Assembly (NCBI GenBank): GCA_964472105.1
Contig: CAYYIZ010000001.1
Span: 1 to 37,596 of the forward strand
Length of the DNA stretch: 37,596 nt
Source of the DNA: an uncultured Candidatus Saccharibacteria bacterium
GTDB taxonomy: Bacteria; Patescibacteriota; Minisyncoccia; Minisyncoccales; CG1-02-41-26
Direction: 5' to 3'
Each line of letters opens with the position of its first letter. Position 1 is the first letter of the stretch. The position numbers and the translations under genes are program-made. Shown piece by piece: positions 25,321-33,425 of the stretch. The notes under the pieces are model-generated. The model was given only the letters and a program-made list of their open reading frames with translations. It searched no databases and was not told the DNA's origin.

Positions 25321-26763
25321 ATGGAGAAAAAAGATTTCAAAAAAATTACTGATTATTTGTGGGAAATGCCTAAGTCTTTCCGGTCTGACATGAAAGTGCC
25401 GGTCCGAGCTTATGTTACCGAAAAAATATTGGAAGAGAGTTTTAGAGATAGGTCTCTCAGCCAGTTGGTTAATGTCGCTACCCTACCGGGGATTGTTAAC
25501 TATGCTATGGCTATGCCAGATATGCACGAAGGCTATGGTTTCCCTATTGGGGGAGTGGCCGCTATGGATATGAAAACAGGAGTGATTTCCCCCGGTGGAG
25601 TTGGCTACGATATAAACTGCGGCATGCGGCTTTTGAAATCAGAGTATTTAGAAAAAGACATTAAACCTTATTTAGAAAAGTTAGCTACAGAAATTCAAAA
25701 AGAGGTTCCTTCGGGGTTAGGGGAAGGAAGACAGATAAAATTTTCAATTAAGCAAATTGATAAAATTTTAGAAGGAGGGGCTCTCGAATTAATAGAAAAT
25801 GGATATGGCGAAAAAGAAGATATTGAAAACTGCGAATCAAACGGAAAACTTCTCCAGGCCGATGCCTCTTGTGTTTCTGACCGTGCTAAAAACCGAGGCA
25901 GAGACCAAGTGGGGACTCTCGGGAGCGGCAATCATTTTCTGGAAGTCCAGAAGGTGGGAGAAATCTTTGATAGTGAAATTGCTAAAATCTTTGGTTTGTT
26001 TAAAGACCAAATAGTAATTATGATTCATACCGGTTCTCGGGGACTTGGTCACCAAATCGCTACCGACTACATAAAAGTGATGATGCGAGCTATGACAAAA
26101 TATAATATCAGATTGCCCGACCGCGAGTTAGCCGCTTGTCCAGTAAGTTCAACGGAAGGAAAAAAATATTTTGCTGCTATGAGTTGCGGAGCAAATTATG
26201 CCTGGGCCAACCGGCAAATGATAACTCATTTTATTAGAAGGGCTTGGAAAACTGCTTTAGGCGAAGAATCTTCTCCTTTAATTTCTCTTTATGATGTTGC
26301 TCATAACATTGCCAAGATTGAAAAACATAAGATTGGGGGTGAAGAGCAGGAACTTTGCCTTCACCGCAAGGGAGCGACAAGAGCCTTTCCCCCCGGTCAC
26401 CCAGAAATTCCAGAGAAATATCGTTCAGTTGGTCAACCGGTTTTGATTCCAGGTAGCATGGGAACTGCCTCTTACGTTTTGGTTGGACAGAAAGAAGGAG
26501 AAGAGGCTTTTTATTCGACCTGTCATGGTGCAGGACGCATGATGTCGCGGCATGCGGCTATTAGAAGATTTCCCGGCAATGAGGTGGTAAAGGATTTAGA
26601 AAGAAAGGGAATTATTGTTAAATGTCGGAGTTTTAGAGGGATTGCCGAAGAAGCTCCCCTTGCCTATAAGGATGTTAATGAAGTTGTTGAGGTAGTTCAT
26701 CAGGCTGGTTTGTCAAAGAAAGTGGCAAAGCTCGTTCCCTTAGCCGTTATCAAAGGAGAGTGA
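25321..26763 (+). CDS. rtcB: RNA 3'-phosphate/5'-OH ligase RtcB
   Basis: 480 aa. MPDMHEGYGFPIGGV, GVGYDINCGMRLL, GSGNHFLEVQ, IHTGSRGLGHQ, HNIAKIE, and the catalytic His context STCHGAGR. Confidence 0.95.
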   Translation: MEKKDFKKITDYLWEMPKSFRSDMKVPVRAYVTEKILEESFRDRSLSQLVNVATLPGIVNYAMAMPDMHEGYGFPIGGVAAMDMKTGVISPGGVGYDINCGMRLLKSEYLEKDIKPYLEKLATEIQKEVPSGLGEGRQIKFSIKQIDKILEGGALELIENGYGEKEDIENCESNGKLLQADASCVSDRAKNRGRDQVGTLGSGNHFLEVQKVGEIFDSEIAKIFGLFKDQIVIMIHTGSRGLGHQIATDYIKVMMRAMTKYNIRLPDRELAACPVSSTEGKKYFAAMSCGANYAWANRQMITHFIRRAWKTALGEESSPLISLYDVAHNIAKIEKHKIGGEEQELCLHRKGATRAFPPGHPEIPEKYRSVGQPVLIPGSMGTASYVLVGQKEGEEAFYSTCHGAGRMMSRHAAIRRFPGNEVVKDLERKGIIVKCRSFRGIAEEAPLAYKDVNEVVEVVHQAGLSKKVAKLVPLAVIKGE

Positions 26764-26853
26764 GAGCTTATCTCTTGAAAAATTAAACAAAGTAGGTTAA
26801 GATACAAAATATTATGTTTATCCCTTCCGGATACTTTTTGTTTAAATTAATTT

Positions 26854-27120
26854 ATGACAAAGAAAAGACTTCCCAAAAGCCAGAGGAAATATATTCGGCA
26901 AGAAAAAGCTCGGATTCGCCGGGAAGTTTTAGATTTGAAAAAGCAGGAAGAACTGATTAACCAACTTTACGAAAAATTCTTAAAAAAGCCCGTTCTTGAA
27001 AAACCCAATCCCAAAAAGCCAATCTTGAAAAAACCAATTTCAAAAAAACCAACTCTGAAAAAACCAACCTTGAAAAAGCCCACAAAAATTCAAGAAAAAG
27101 CTCCGCAGAAAGCTGGCTGA
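26854..27120 (+). CDS. small basic protein with a tandem KKPxL(K/E) repeat tail, unknown function
   Basis: 88 aa. Arg/Lys-rich helical N-terminus (KSQRKYIRQEKARIRREVLDLKKQ), then KKPVLEKPNPKKPILKKPISKKPTLKKPTLKKPTK. The opposite-strand ORF 26957..27142 is a mirror artefact of the repeat. Confidence 0.5.
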   Translation: MTKKRLPKSQRKYIRQEKARIRREVLDLKKQEELINQLYEKFLKKPVLEKPNPKKPILKKPISKKPTLKKPTLKKPTKIQEKAPQKAG

Positions 27121-27162
27121 GAAGCCAGTTTTTTTGATGCAATTTTGATATAATAGAGTAAT

Positions 27163-28302
27163 ATGAAAACCGGAATTGCTACAGTCCCATTGGATACCGG
27201 GCGATGCCCCAAGTGGCTTTTTGAGAGAATGAAGCGGCTTTCCCAGGGGATATTTTTAGCTATTCGGGAAGAATTTGGTCCAGAAGAAATTTTAAAAAGA
27301 TTGTCAGACCCCACCTGGTTTCAAAGTTTGGGAAGCGTACTTGCTTTTGATTGGAATAGCTCAGGATTAACCACCACTACCATGGGAGCCCTGAAGGAAG
27401 CAATCCGAGGATTAGAAAAAGAAATTGGCATTTTTATTTGCGGAGGAAAAGGAAGAACTTCAAAGAAAACTCCCGAGCAGATTCAGCAATGGGGAGCATT
27501 TCTGGGGTTTTCCAAGGAGAAAATTGATAAGATAGTTTATGCCAGCAAGATATCAGCCAAAATAGATTCCTCTCTTGTTCAAGACGGTTATCAGCTCTAT
27601 CATCACAATTTAATTTTTTCAGAAAAGGGGCATTGGGCAGTAGTACAGCAGGGAATGTCTGAAGGAAATTCTACTGCCCGACGTTATCACTGGCTTTCAT
27701 TGGGCGTTAAGGACTTCGCTGAAGAACCACATTCTGGAATTATTTCTAACACCCAAGGGAAACCATTAAATTTAACCGCCAGAGAGAGCCGAGAAAACAA
27801 AAAAATTTCCAAAGAGTTAGCAGCCGAAGAACCTAAAACATTTTTAAAAGATATAAAATTGATTTCAGGAAAAAGTAACTATTTAATAAACCAAAAAAGA
27901 TTGCCGGGTTTTGCCGAAATGCAGTTGCCCAACACAGAATTCCATTGGCATCCGGTTGTTCAGGAGAAATTTGATTTAAAAAGATTGGAAAAAACCATTC
28001 TCTTTGCTAAATCCCAAGCTCCTGAGAACTTTGAGAAGCTTTTGTCGCTTAAAGGTGTTGGGCCGAGGACTATTCGCGCCTTAAGCTTGGTAGCTGAAAT
28101 AATCTACGGCGCCAAACCTTCCTATGAAGACCCGGCCAGATACTCTTTCGCCCATGGAGGGAAAGACGGCACACCATATTTTCCAAAACGCCAGGAGCTT
28201 GACCGCACTATAGAAATTTTAGAAAAAGGAATTAAAAACAGCAAAGTTTCAATTCAAGAAAAAAGTGAAGCCCGAAAAAGATTAAGCAGCCTTAATTTAT
28301 GA
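27163..28302 (+). CDS. DUF763 family protein (archaeal-type, unknown function) with a C-terminal helix-hairpin-helix
   Basis: 379 aa. N-terminal PLDTGRCPKWLFERMKRL...LSDPTWFQSLGSVLAFDWNSSGLTTT, VQDGYQLYHHNLIF, WAVVQQGM...ARRYHWLS, as I recall for DUF763. HhH-like LKGVGPRTIRALSLVAEIIYG. Confidence 0.65.
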   Translation: MKTGIATVPLDTGRCPKWLFERMKRLSQGIFLAIREEFGPEEILKRLSDPTWFQSLGSVLAFDWNSSGLTTTTMGALKEAIRGLEKEIGIFICGGKGRTSKKTPEQIQQWGAFLGFSKEKIDKIVYASKISAKIDSSLVQDGYQLYHHNLIFSEKGHWAVVQQGMSEGNSTARRYHWLSLGVKDFAEEPHSGIISNTQGKPLNLTARESRENKKISKELAAEEPKTFLKDIKLISGKSNYLINQKRLPGFAEMQLPNTEFHWHPVVQEKFDLKRLEKTILFAKSQAPENFEKLLSLKGVGPRTIRALSLVAEIIYGAKPSYEDPARYSFAHGGKDGTPYFPKRQELDRTIEILEKGIKNSKVSIQEKSEARKRLSSLNL

Positions 28303-29147
28303 AAGAGCACTCTTTTTTACATCCGTGGCAAACTTTTAGGTTTGAGATTTTTTTCTTTTCTTTAAGTCTGGGGTTGGGGATTTTAGCCGGTTCAAGGTTA
28401 CAAGAGATTTTTAAAATTCAGAAAATTCCTCCGCCCTCAATTAACTTCTCTCAATTTCTGTTCTATTTTTTTCTGGGCACTCTTTTTCTTCTTTCAATAA
28501 CTTATTTTTCCAAGCTCAAAAAAGGAAAGGGGATATTTTTTAAGGGGATTTTTCTTTTAGTAATTAGTTTTGGCAACTTCTTCTTTTTCGGTTTGTGGCT
28601 GTCAGACGTTTTGACTTTTACCCTGGTGGCTGTTTTACTTATCTTTTTACTTAAAAAGCCCTCTTTAATGCTTCACAATTTTGCTTTAATTTTTGCCATA
28701 GCCGGGGTGGGAGCCGGTTTGGGATTAAGTTTTACTCCGGAAATGGTAATTTTACTTCTTTTGATTTTTTCAATTTACGATTTTATCGCTGTTTACAAAA
28801 CAGGGCATATGATAAAAATGGCAAAAGAAATGATTACTCACGGAGCAATTTTGGGGCTGATTGTCCCCCAAAAGATGGCTGATTTGAAAACCCAGTTAAA
28901 AGAAGTTAAAACAGGAGGCAAGTTTTTAATTTTGGGAGCAGGTGACATTGTCTTTCCTTTGATTTTGGTTGTTTCTTTAATCCCGCAGGGAATCGCTGCT
29001 TCTTTAATTGTTGCTGTTTTTGCCCTATTCGGTCTTTTAGCTGGCTTTTTAATTTTTATCTCAAAAAAAGAACGGCGTCCAATGCCGGCCCTTCCACCGA
29101 TTGCTTTATTTTCAATAATCGGTTATTTTATAACAAAGATTATTTAA
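28299..29147 (+). CDS. presenilin / signal-peptide-peptidase-like GxGD intramembrane aspartyl protease (peptidase family A22)
   Basis: 282 aa polytopic membrane protein. YD motif in SIYDFIAVYKTGHMIKMAKEM, GxGD motif in LILGAGDIVFPLIL, and a PAL motif in RRPMPALPPIALF, in the canonical order. ATGA overlap with the DUF763 gene. Confidence 0.75.
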   Translation: MKEHSFLHPWQTFRFEIFFFSLSLGLGILAGSRLQEIFKIQKIPPPSINFSQFLFYFFLGTLFLLSITYFSKLKKGKGIFFKGIFLLVISFGNFFFFGLWLSDVLTFTLVAVLLIFLLKKPSLMLHNFALIFAIAGVGAGLGLSFTPEMVILLLLIFSIYDFIAVYKTGHMIKMAKEMITHGAILGLIVPQKMADLKTQLKEVKTGGKFLILGAGDIVFPLILVVSLIPQGIAASLIVAVFALFGLLAGFLIFISKKERRPMPALPPIALFSIIGYFITKII

Positions 29148-29219
29148 TCCCCTTGAAAAAATTAAAGAATCAGGTAACCTATAAGAAGAATAAGCAAAAC
29201 TAAGTTAAGAAGAAATTTT

Positions 29220-29825
29220 ATGGACAAAGAAAAATTAGAAAAAATAATAAGGTTTTTATCTGAAACCCAGATGCTGAAGCGAATTAAACACGAAGGAGTG
29301 AAATTGGCAGGAGTTGAAAATCCAGACTCAGTGGCAGAACACACTGCTCTGGCGGCCCAAATTGCTTATGTTTTAGCTAAGCTGGAGGGTGATGCGGATG
29401 CTTTAAAATCTGCAGCGATAAATCTTTTTCACGATAACGAAGAGGCTCGATTGGGCGACCACAACAAAGTGAGTGCAAGGTATTTAGATATTGAAAAAAT
29501 TGAAAGAGAAGTAGAAAAAGAACATTACAGTAATTTACCAAAAGAAATCGGGGAAGAACTTTTTCAACTGCAGGAAGAAAAAAGAGAAAGGAATAGCAAA
29601 GAAGGCATAATTGCCCAGGACGCAGATTGGTTAGAAATGGCAATTCAAGCGAAAATTTACGTAGAGAGAGGATATAAAGGGTGTGAGAATTGGATTGATA
29701 ATATTGAGAAGGCCCTGGAAACAGAATCAGCTAAAGAAATTTTAGCTGAGATAAGAAAAAATCCGGACTTCCTAAATTACTGGTGGAGAGAATTAAAAAA
29801 GATGACTTATAAGAAATTAAACTAA
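29220..29825 (+). CDS. HD-domain phosphohydrolase (YfbR-like 5'-deoxynucleotidase family)
   Basis: 201 aa. RIKHEG...ENPDSVAEHTALAA (the H of HD), LFHDNEEARLGDH (the HD...D metal ligands). Confidence 0.7.
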   Translation: MDKEKLEKIIRFLSETQMLKRIKHEGVKLAGVENPDSVAEHTALAAQIAYVLAKLEGDADALKSAAINLFHDNEEARLGDHNKVSARYLDIEKIEREVEKEHYSNLPKEIGEELFQLQEEKRERNSKEGIIAQDADWLEMAIQAKIYVERGYKGCENWIDNIEKALETESAKEILAEIRKNPDFLNYWWRELKKMTYKKLN

Positions 29826-29853
29826 TAAGAATGAAGAATAAATTCCTGAAATT

Positions 29854-31464
29854 CTATAATTTCTTTGTCATATAGCTGTCTTTTAACTGATACTTTAATT
29901 TCCGATAATAATTGCGGGCTCCCACGCCAGAGATTGCCGCAATTTTTTTCAAACAGAATTCTTTTTTAGTTATTTTCTCAGCTTCTTTTATCAGTTTTTT
30001 GCCCAGGCCTCGGTGTTGGGGGGAGAGAGATTTTTCACCAACCGGTGTCATTTGCCCAAAGGTATGGACTTCCCGAATTATGCCCACTTTTTCTAAAACT
30101 AGGAAAATTGGTGGAGATCGGGTCTCCGCCAGATAGCTTGGGATTCTTAAACGTAATAGGGCGTAAAGTTTATTCCTTTTTTTATTTTCAAAAGTTAAAA
30201 AGAGCTCTTTGCCGTCAGAGGCCTCGTAATCTTTGCGGAAAAGCTCAAGTTTTTCTTTGGGATTATAATTTCCTTTGACTTCCCGGCACCTGATACACTT
30301 GCATTTTAATCCTTTTCTCCCCATCTCTTTTTGAACCACCTCTCTCAAGTTTGATATTTTTGTTCCACCCTCAATAATGTCTATTGTCGGGATATCTCGG
30401 ATAATTCTTTGAATTCTGCAAAAGCGAGGAATTATCTTTTTAATTTCAATCAGCAGTTTGATTAATTTTTCTTCAGAATAGGGTTTAAATTTTCCCTGAG
30501 CATACCATTTGTAGAGAGGCGCTTGCTTAACCAGAGCCAAAGGATAAATTTTTAGAAGATCGGGCTTGAAATCAGGATTTTTAAAAATTTCCTTAAACAT
30601 TTCTACATCCCGTTTAGGATTAGAGCCGGGCAAATCCGGCATCATCTGGTAAGAGAGTTTAAAACCGGCATCTTTTAAAAGTTTGGTTGCTTTAATCGTT
30701 GCCGCTATGGTGTGTCCTCTTTTATTTATTTTCAAGACATCGTCATAAACACTTTGCACTCCCAGCTCAACCCTGGTTATGCCAAGGTTTCTCATTCTTT
30801 TAATTTCCTCAATGTCTATATAATCGGGTCTGGTTTCAATTGTTATTCCAATCAGCCGGCATTTCGCCCGCTCGTTTATTTTTTGTAATTTTGGGAGGTT
30901 AACTTGTTTCAGAGACCCCCGCCTTTTCTTGTTTGAAAATTCGTTGGCCGCCCGGAAGCATTCCTTCACGAACCAGGATTGATAACTTTTGGGATAATAA
31001 CTCCAGGTTCCCCCGATTATTCTTAGTTCAATTTTGTCTATTGGATGGCCGGTCTCTTTCAGGGCCTGGAGTCGTGTTTTAACCTGCTTTGAAGGACTAA
31101 ATTTATTTAAGATTGCTCTTTGAACTGCCGGTTCTCCCTCCAAATAACTTTTTGGGATTCCTTTCTGGCTCGGGCAGAAAATACAGTTTCCCGGGCAGGG
31201 ATAGGGCTTTGTTAAAACCGAAACATTGACTATTCCGGAAAGTGAGCGAACGGGTCGAGTTCTCAGTGAATTTTCAAGCATTTTAAGGGATTTAACCCTT
31301 TTATTTTCAAGCAATTCGTGGTAAATTTTAAGTAGCTCAATGTTAGTTGGGCAAAGAATTTTATACTTTTTTGCCGCCTTTCTTTTGAAAGAATCCAAAT
31401 CAGCCCGAGTTTTAATTTGAGCTTTTATCATTTCTAAAATAATTTTTTCTAAAGTTTTTTGCAT
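29854..31464 (-). CDS. elp3: Elp3-type radical SAM / GNAT tRNA U34 carboxymethyl-modification enzyme
   Basis: 536 aa. Radical-SAM cluster CPGNCIFCP, Elp3-type core (ELRIIGGTWSYYP, ITIETRPDYI, GITRVELGVQSV, DLPGSN), C-terminal GNAT motif QHRGLGKKLIKEAE. Confidence 0.85.
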   Translation of the reverse strand: MQKTLEKIILEMIKAQIKTRADLDSFKRKAAKKYKILCPTNIELLKIYHELLENKRVKSLKMLENSLRTRPVRSLSGIVNVSVLTKPYPCPGNCIFCPSQKGIPKSYLEGEPAVQRAILNKFSPSKQVKTRLQALKETGHPIDKIELRIIGGTWSYYPKSYQSWFVKECFRAANEFSNKKRRGSLKQVNLPKLQKINERAKCRLIGITIETRPDYIDIEEIKRMRNLGITRVELGVQSVYDDVLKINKRGHTIAATIKATKLLKDAGFKLSYQMMPDLPGSNPKRDVEMFKEIFKNPDFKPDLLKIYPLALVKQAPLYKWYAQGKFKPYSEEKLIKLLIEIKKIIPRFCRIQRIIRDIPTIDIIEGGTKISNLREVVQKEMGRKGLKCKCIRCREVKGNYNPKEKLELFRKDYEASDGKELFLTFENKKRNKLYALLRLRIPSYLAETRSPPIFLVLEKVGIIREVHTFGQMTPVGEKSLSPQHRGLGKKLIKEAEKITKKEFCLKKIAAISGVGARNYYRKLKYQLKDSYMTKKL

Positions 31465-31468
31465 ATAA

Positions 31469-32164
31469 ATGAAAAGAGAATACGCTCAACATCTACTTAA
31501 AAAAACCAAAGAAGATTATAACAAGATTGCCGAAGATTTTTCAAGGACGAGAGGAAAGCCCTGGCCGGAAGTGGAATTTTTAGTTGACGATTACCTGATT
31601 CCCGGAGAAAGAGTTTTGGACTTGGGCTGCGGCAACGGAAGATTGCTTGAACCATTGAAAGGGAAAGAGATAGATTACTTCGGAGTAGATAACTCTGAAG
31701 AATTAATTGAAATAGCCAAAAAAAGGTATCCGTCCCGGGTAAAATTCCAGGTGGCTGACGCCTTAAACCTGCCTTTCCCCAACAACTATTTTGATAAAAT
31801 TTACAGTATCGCCGCACTGCACCACGTCCCTTCAAAAGAATTTCGCCTGCAATTTTTAAAAGAAGCAAGGAGAGTCCTAAAACCAGAAGGTCTTTTAATT
31901 CTAACTTGCTGGAAGTTTAAAAGCAAAAGGGAACTATACTTAATTTTAAAATACACGATTTTAAAAGTCCTTGGCAAATCAAAATTAGACCACCGGGACA
32001 TCCTTGAACCCTGGGGCAAAAAAATAAAAAGGTACTATCATTGTTTCTCTGAAAAAGAGTTGGCGGGATTAGCCAGAAAAGCCGATTTCAAGATTGTAAA
32101 AATTGGCATTGCCAGAAACGAAAGAGGCAGCCGCAATAATATTTACTTGATAGCTGAAAAATAA
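31469..32164 (+). CDS. Trm9/ALKBH8-like class I SAM-dependent methyltransferase
   Basis: 231 aa. IAEDFSRTRGKPWPEV, VLDLGCGNGRLL, VADALNLPFPNNYFDKIYSIAALHHV, RRVLKPEGLLILTCW, DILEPW, RYYHCFSEKEL. These line up with the Trm9 signature blocks as I recall them from the yeast protein. Confidence 0.65.
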   Translation: MKREYAQHLLKKTKEDYNKIAEDFSRTRGKPWPEVEFLVDDYLIPGERVLDLGCGNGRLLEPLKGKEIDYFGVDNSEELIEIAKKRYPSRVKFQVADALNLPFPNNYFDKIYSIAALHHVPSKEFRLQFLKEARRVLKPEGLLILTCWKFKSKRELYLILKYTILKVLGKSKLDHRDILEPWGKKIKRYYHCFSEKELAGLARKADFKIVKIGIARNERGSRNNIYLIAEK

Positions 32165-32189
32165 TCATAAATTGAAAATTATTGTGTCC

Positions 32190-32261
32190 GCCCCCATAGC
32201 TCAATGGATAGAGCGTGACCCTCCGGAGGTCAAAATCTCCGTTCGAATCGGGGTGGGGGCA
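32190..32261 (+). tRNA. tRNA-Arg (anticodon CCG)
   Basis: Hand-folded cloverleaf. Acceptor GCCCCCA/TGGGGGC, D arm GCTC-AATGGATA-GAGC, anticodon arm TGACC-CTCCGGA-GGTCA, 4-nt variable loop, T arm CTCCG-TTCGAAT-CGGGG, discriminator A. CCA is not encoded. Confidence 0.9.
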
Positions 32262-32276
32262 CCCTTATAAATTTCT

Positions 32277-33386
32277 ATGCACAAAAATTTAAACGGTAAA
32301 AAAAATGAGATAGAAAAAAAGGGCTTTAAGCACTTTATGCTTAAAGAGATATTTGAACAGCCACAAGCCATAGAAAATGCTTTAAGGGGAAGGATTAAAG
32401 AGAAGGAAATAAAATTATCTCTTAACCTTGACCCAAAATCAATTAAAAGGATTATCTTAATCGCTTGCGGCACAAGCTGGCACGCTTGTTTGGTTGGCAA
32501 GTATATAGTTGAAAAACTGGCTAAAATTCCGGTAGAAGTGGATTATGCTTCGGAATTCAGGTACCGGGACCCGATAATCAGTTCAGGAGATTTGGTAGTG
32601 GTGGTTTCCCAGTCCGGGGAAACAGCCGACACCCTGGGAGGATTAAGAGAGGCAAAATCCAAAGGGGCCGCCACCTTGGGAATAGTAAACGTGGTTGGCT
32701 CAACAATTTCCCGAGAGGTGGATTCGGGAATATTCCTGCACGCCGGGCCCGAAATAGGAGTGGCTTCAACCAAGGCCTTCACCTGCCAGCTGACCGCTTT
32801 AACTTTATTGGCTTTGTATTTTCAGCAGGAAAAGGGAATCGGTCTTGACGAAGAAATTTTAGAAGAACTCAAAAATATTTCCAAGAAAGTTCAAATAATT
32901 TTGAAAGAAGCCGATAAAATAAAAGAGATAGCCAAGAATTTTAAAGAGAGCCGCAATTTCCTCTATCTGGGAAGGGGAGTTAATTTTCCGGTGGCTTTGG
33001 AAGGCGCTTTGAAGCTCAAAGAGATTTCCTACATTCACGCCGAAGGTTATCCGGCGGCCGAAATGAAGCACGGGCCAATTGCTTTGATTGATGAGGAAAT
33101 GCTGGTTGTTTTTATTGCTCCCAAAAACAAAACCTACGATAAAATTTTAAGCAATATTGAAGAAGTTAAAGCGAGAAAAGGAAAGATAATCACTGTTATT
33201 TCAGAGAGAGATGGCAAAATAGCCAAACTTTCTGATTTTCTCACCAAGGTTCCCGGAACGAACGAACTTTTATCCCCTATCTTAAACGTAATTCCTTTAC
33301 AGCTTTTGGCTTATTATATCGCCGATTTTAGAGGCATTGACGTTGATAAGCCCCGTAACTTAGCTAAAAGTGTGACAGTTGAGTGA
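32277..33386 (+). CDS. GlmS-like tandem SIS (sugar isomerase) protein lacking the N-terminal glutaminase domain
   Basis: 369 aa. Starts about 20 aa before the FMLKEIFEQP motif that opens the GlmS isomerase half. CGTSWHA, SQSGETADTL, and the invariant GlmS C-terminus DVDKPRNLAKSVTVE. There is no MCGIVG-type Ntn domain, and only 15 nt separate the start from the tRNA. Confidence 0.8.
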   Translation: MHKNLNGKKNEIEKKGFKHFMLKEIFEQPQAIENALRGRIKEKEIKLSLNLDPKSIKRIILIACGTSWHACLVGKYIVEKLAKIPVEVDYASEFRYRDPIISSGDLVVVVSQSGETADTLGGLREAKSKGAATLGIVNVVGSTISREVDSGIFLHAGPEIGVASTKAFTCQLTALTLLALYFQQEKGIGLDEEILEELKNISKKVQIILKEADKIKEIAKNFKESRNFLYLGRGVNFPVALEGALKLKEISYIHAEGYPAAEMKHGPIALIDEEMLVVFIAPKNKTYDKILSNIEEVKARKGKIITVISERDGKIAKLSDFLTKVPGTNELLSPILNVIPLQLLAYYIADFRGIDVDKPRNLAKSVTVE

Positions 33387-33425
33387 ATTTTAAACAAAAA
33401 GTGCTACAATAAATACAATAAACCT

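Noticed and set aside
26826-26846. Small hairpin tatcc-cttcc-ggata followed by ctttttg after rtcB, considered as a terminator.
   Set aside because: The stem is only 5 bp and lies downstream of a candidate promoter for the next gene. This is too weak to call, so the operon boundary is left open.
32165-32276. glmS ribozyme/riboswitch upstream of the glmS-like gene, and a tRNA-targeted integration scar.
   Set aside because: The 112-nt spacer is almost entirely occupied by tRNA-Arg, so there is no room for the roughly 170-nt ribozyme. I found no integrase gene or duplicated tRNA 3' segment nearby, so an integration event cannot be supported.
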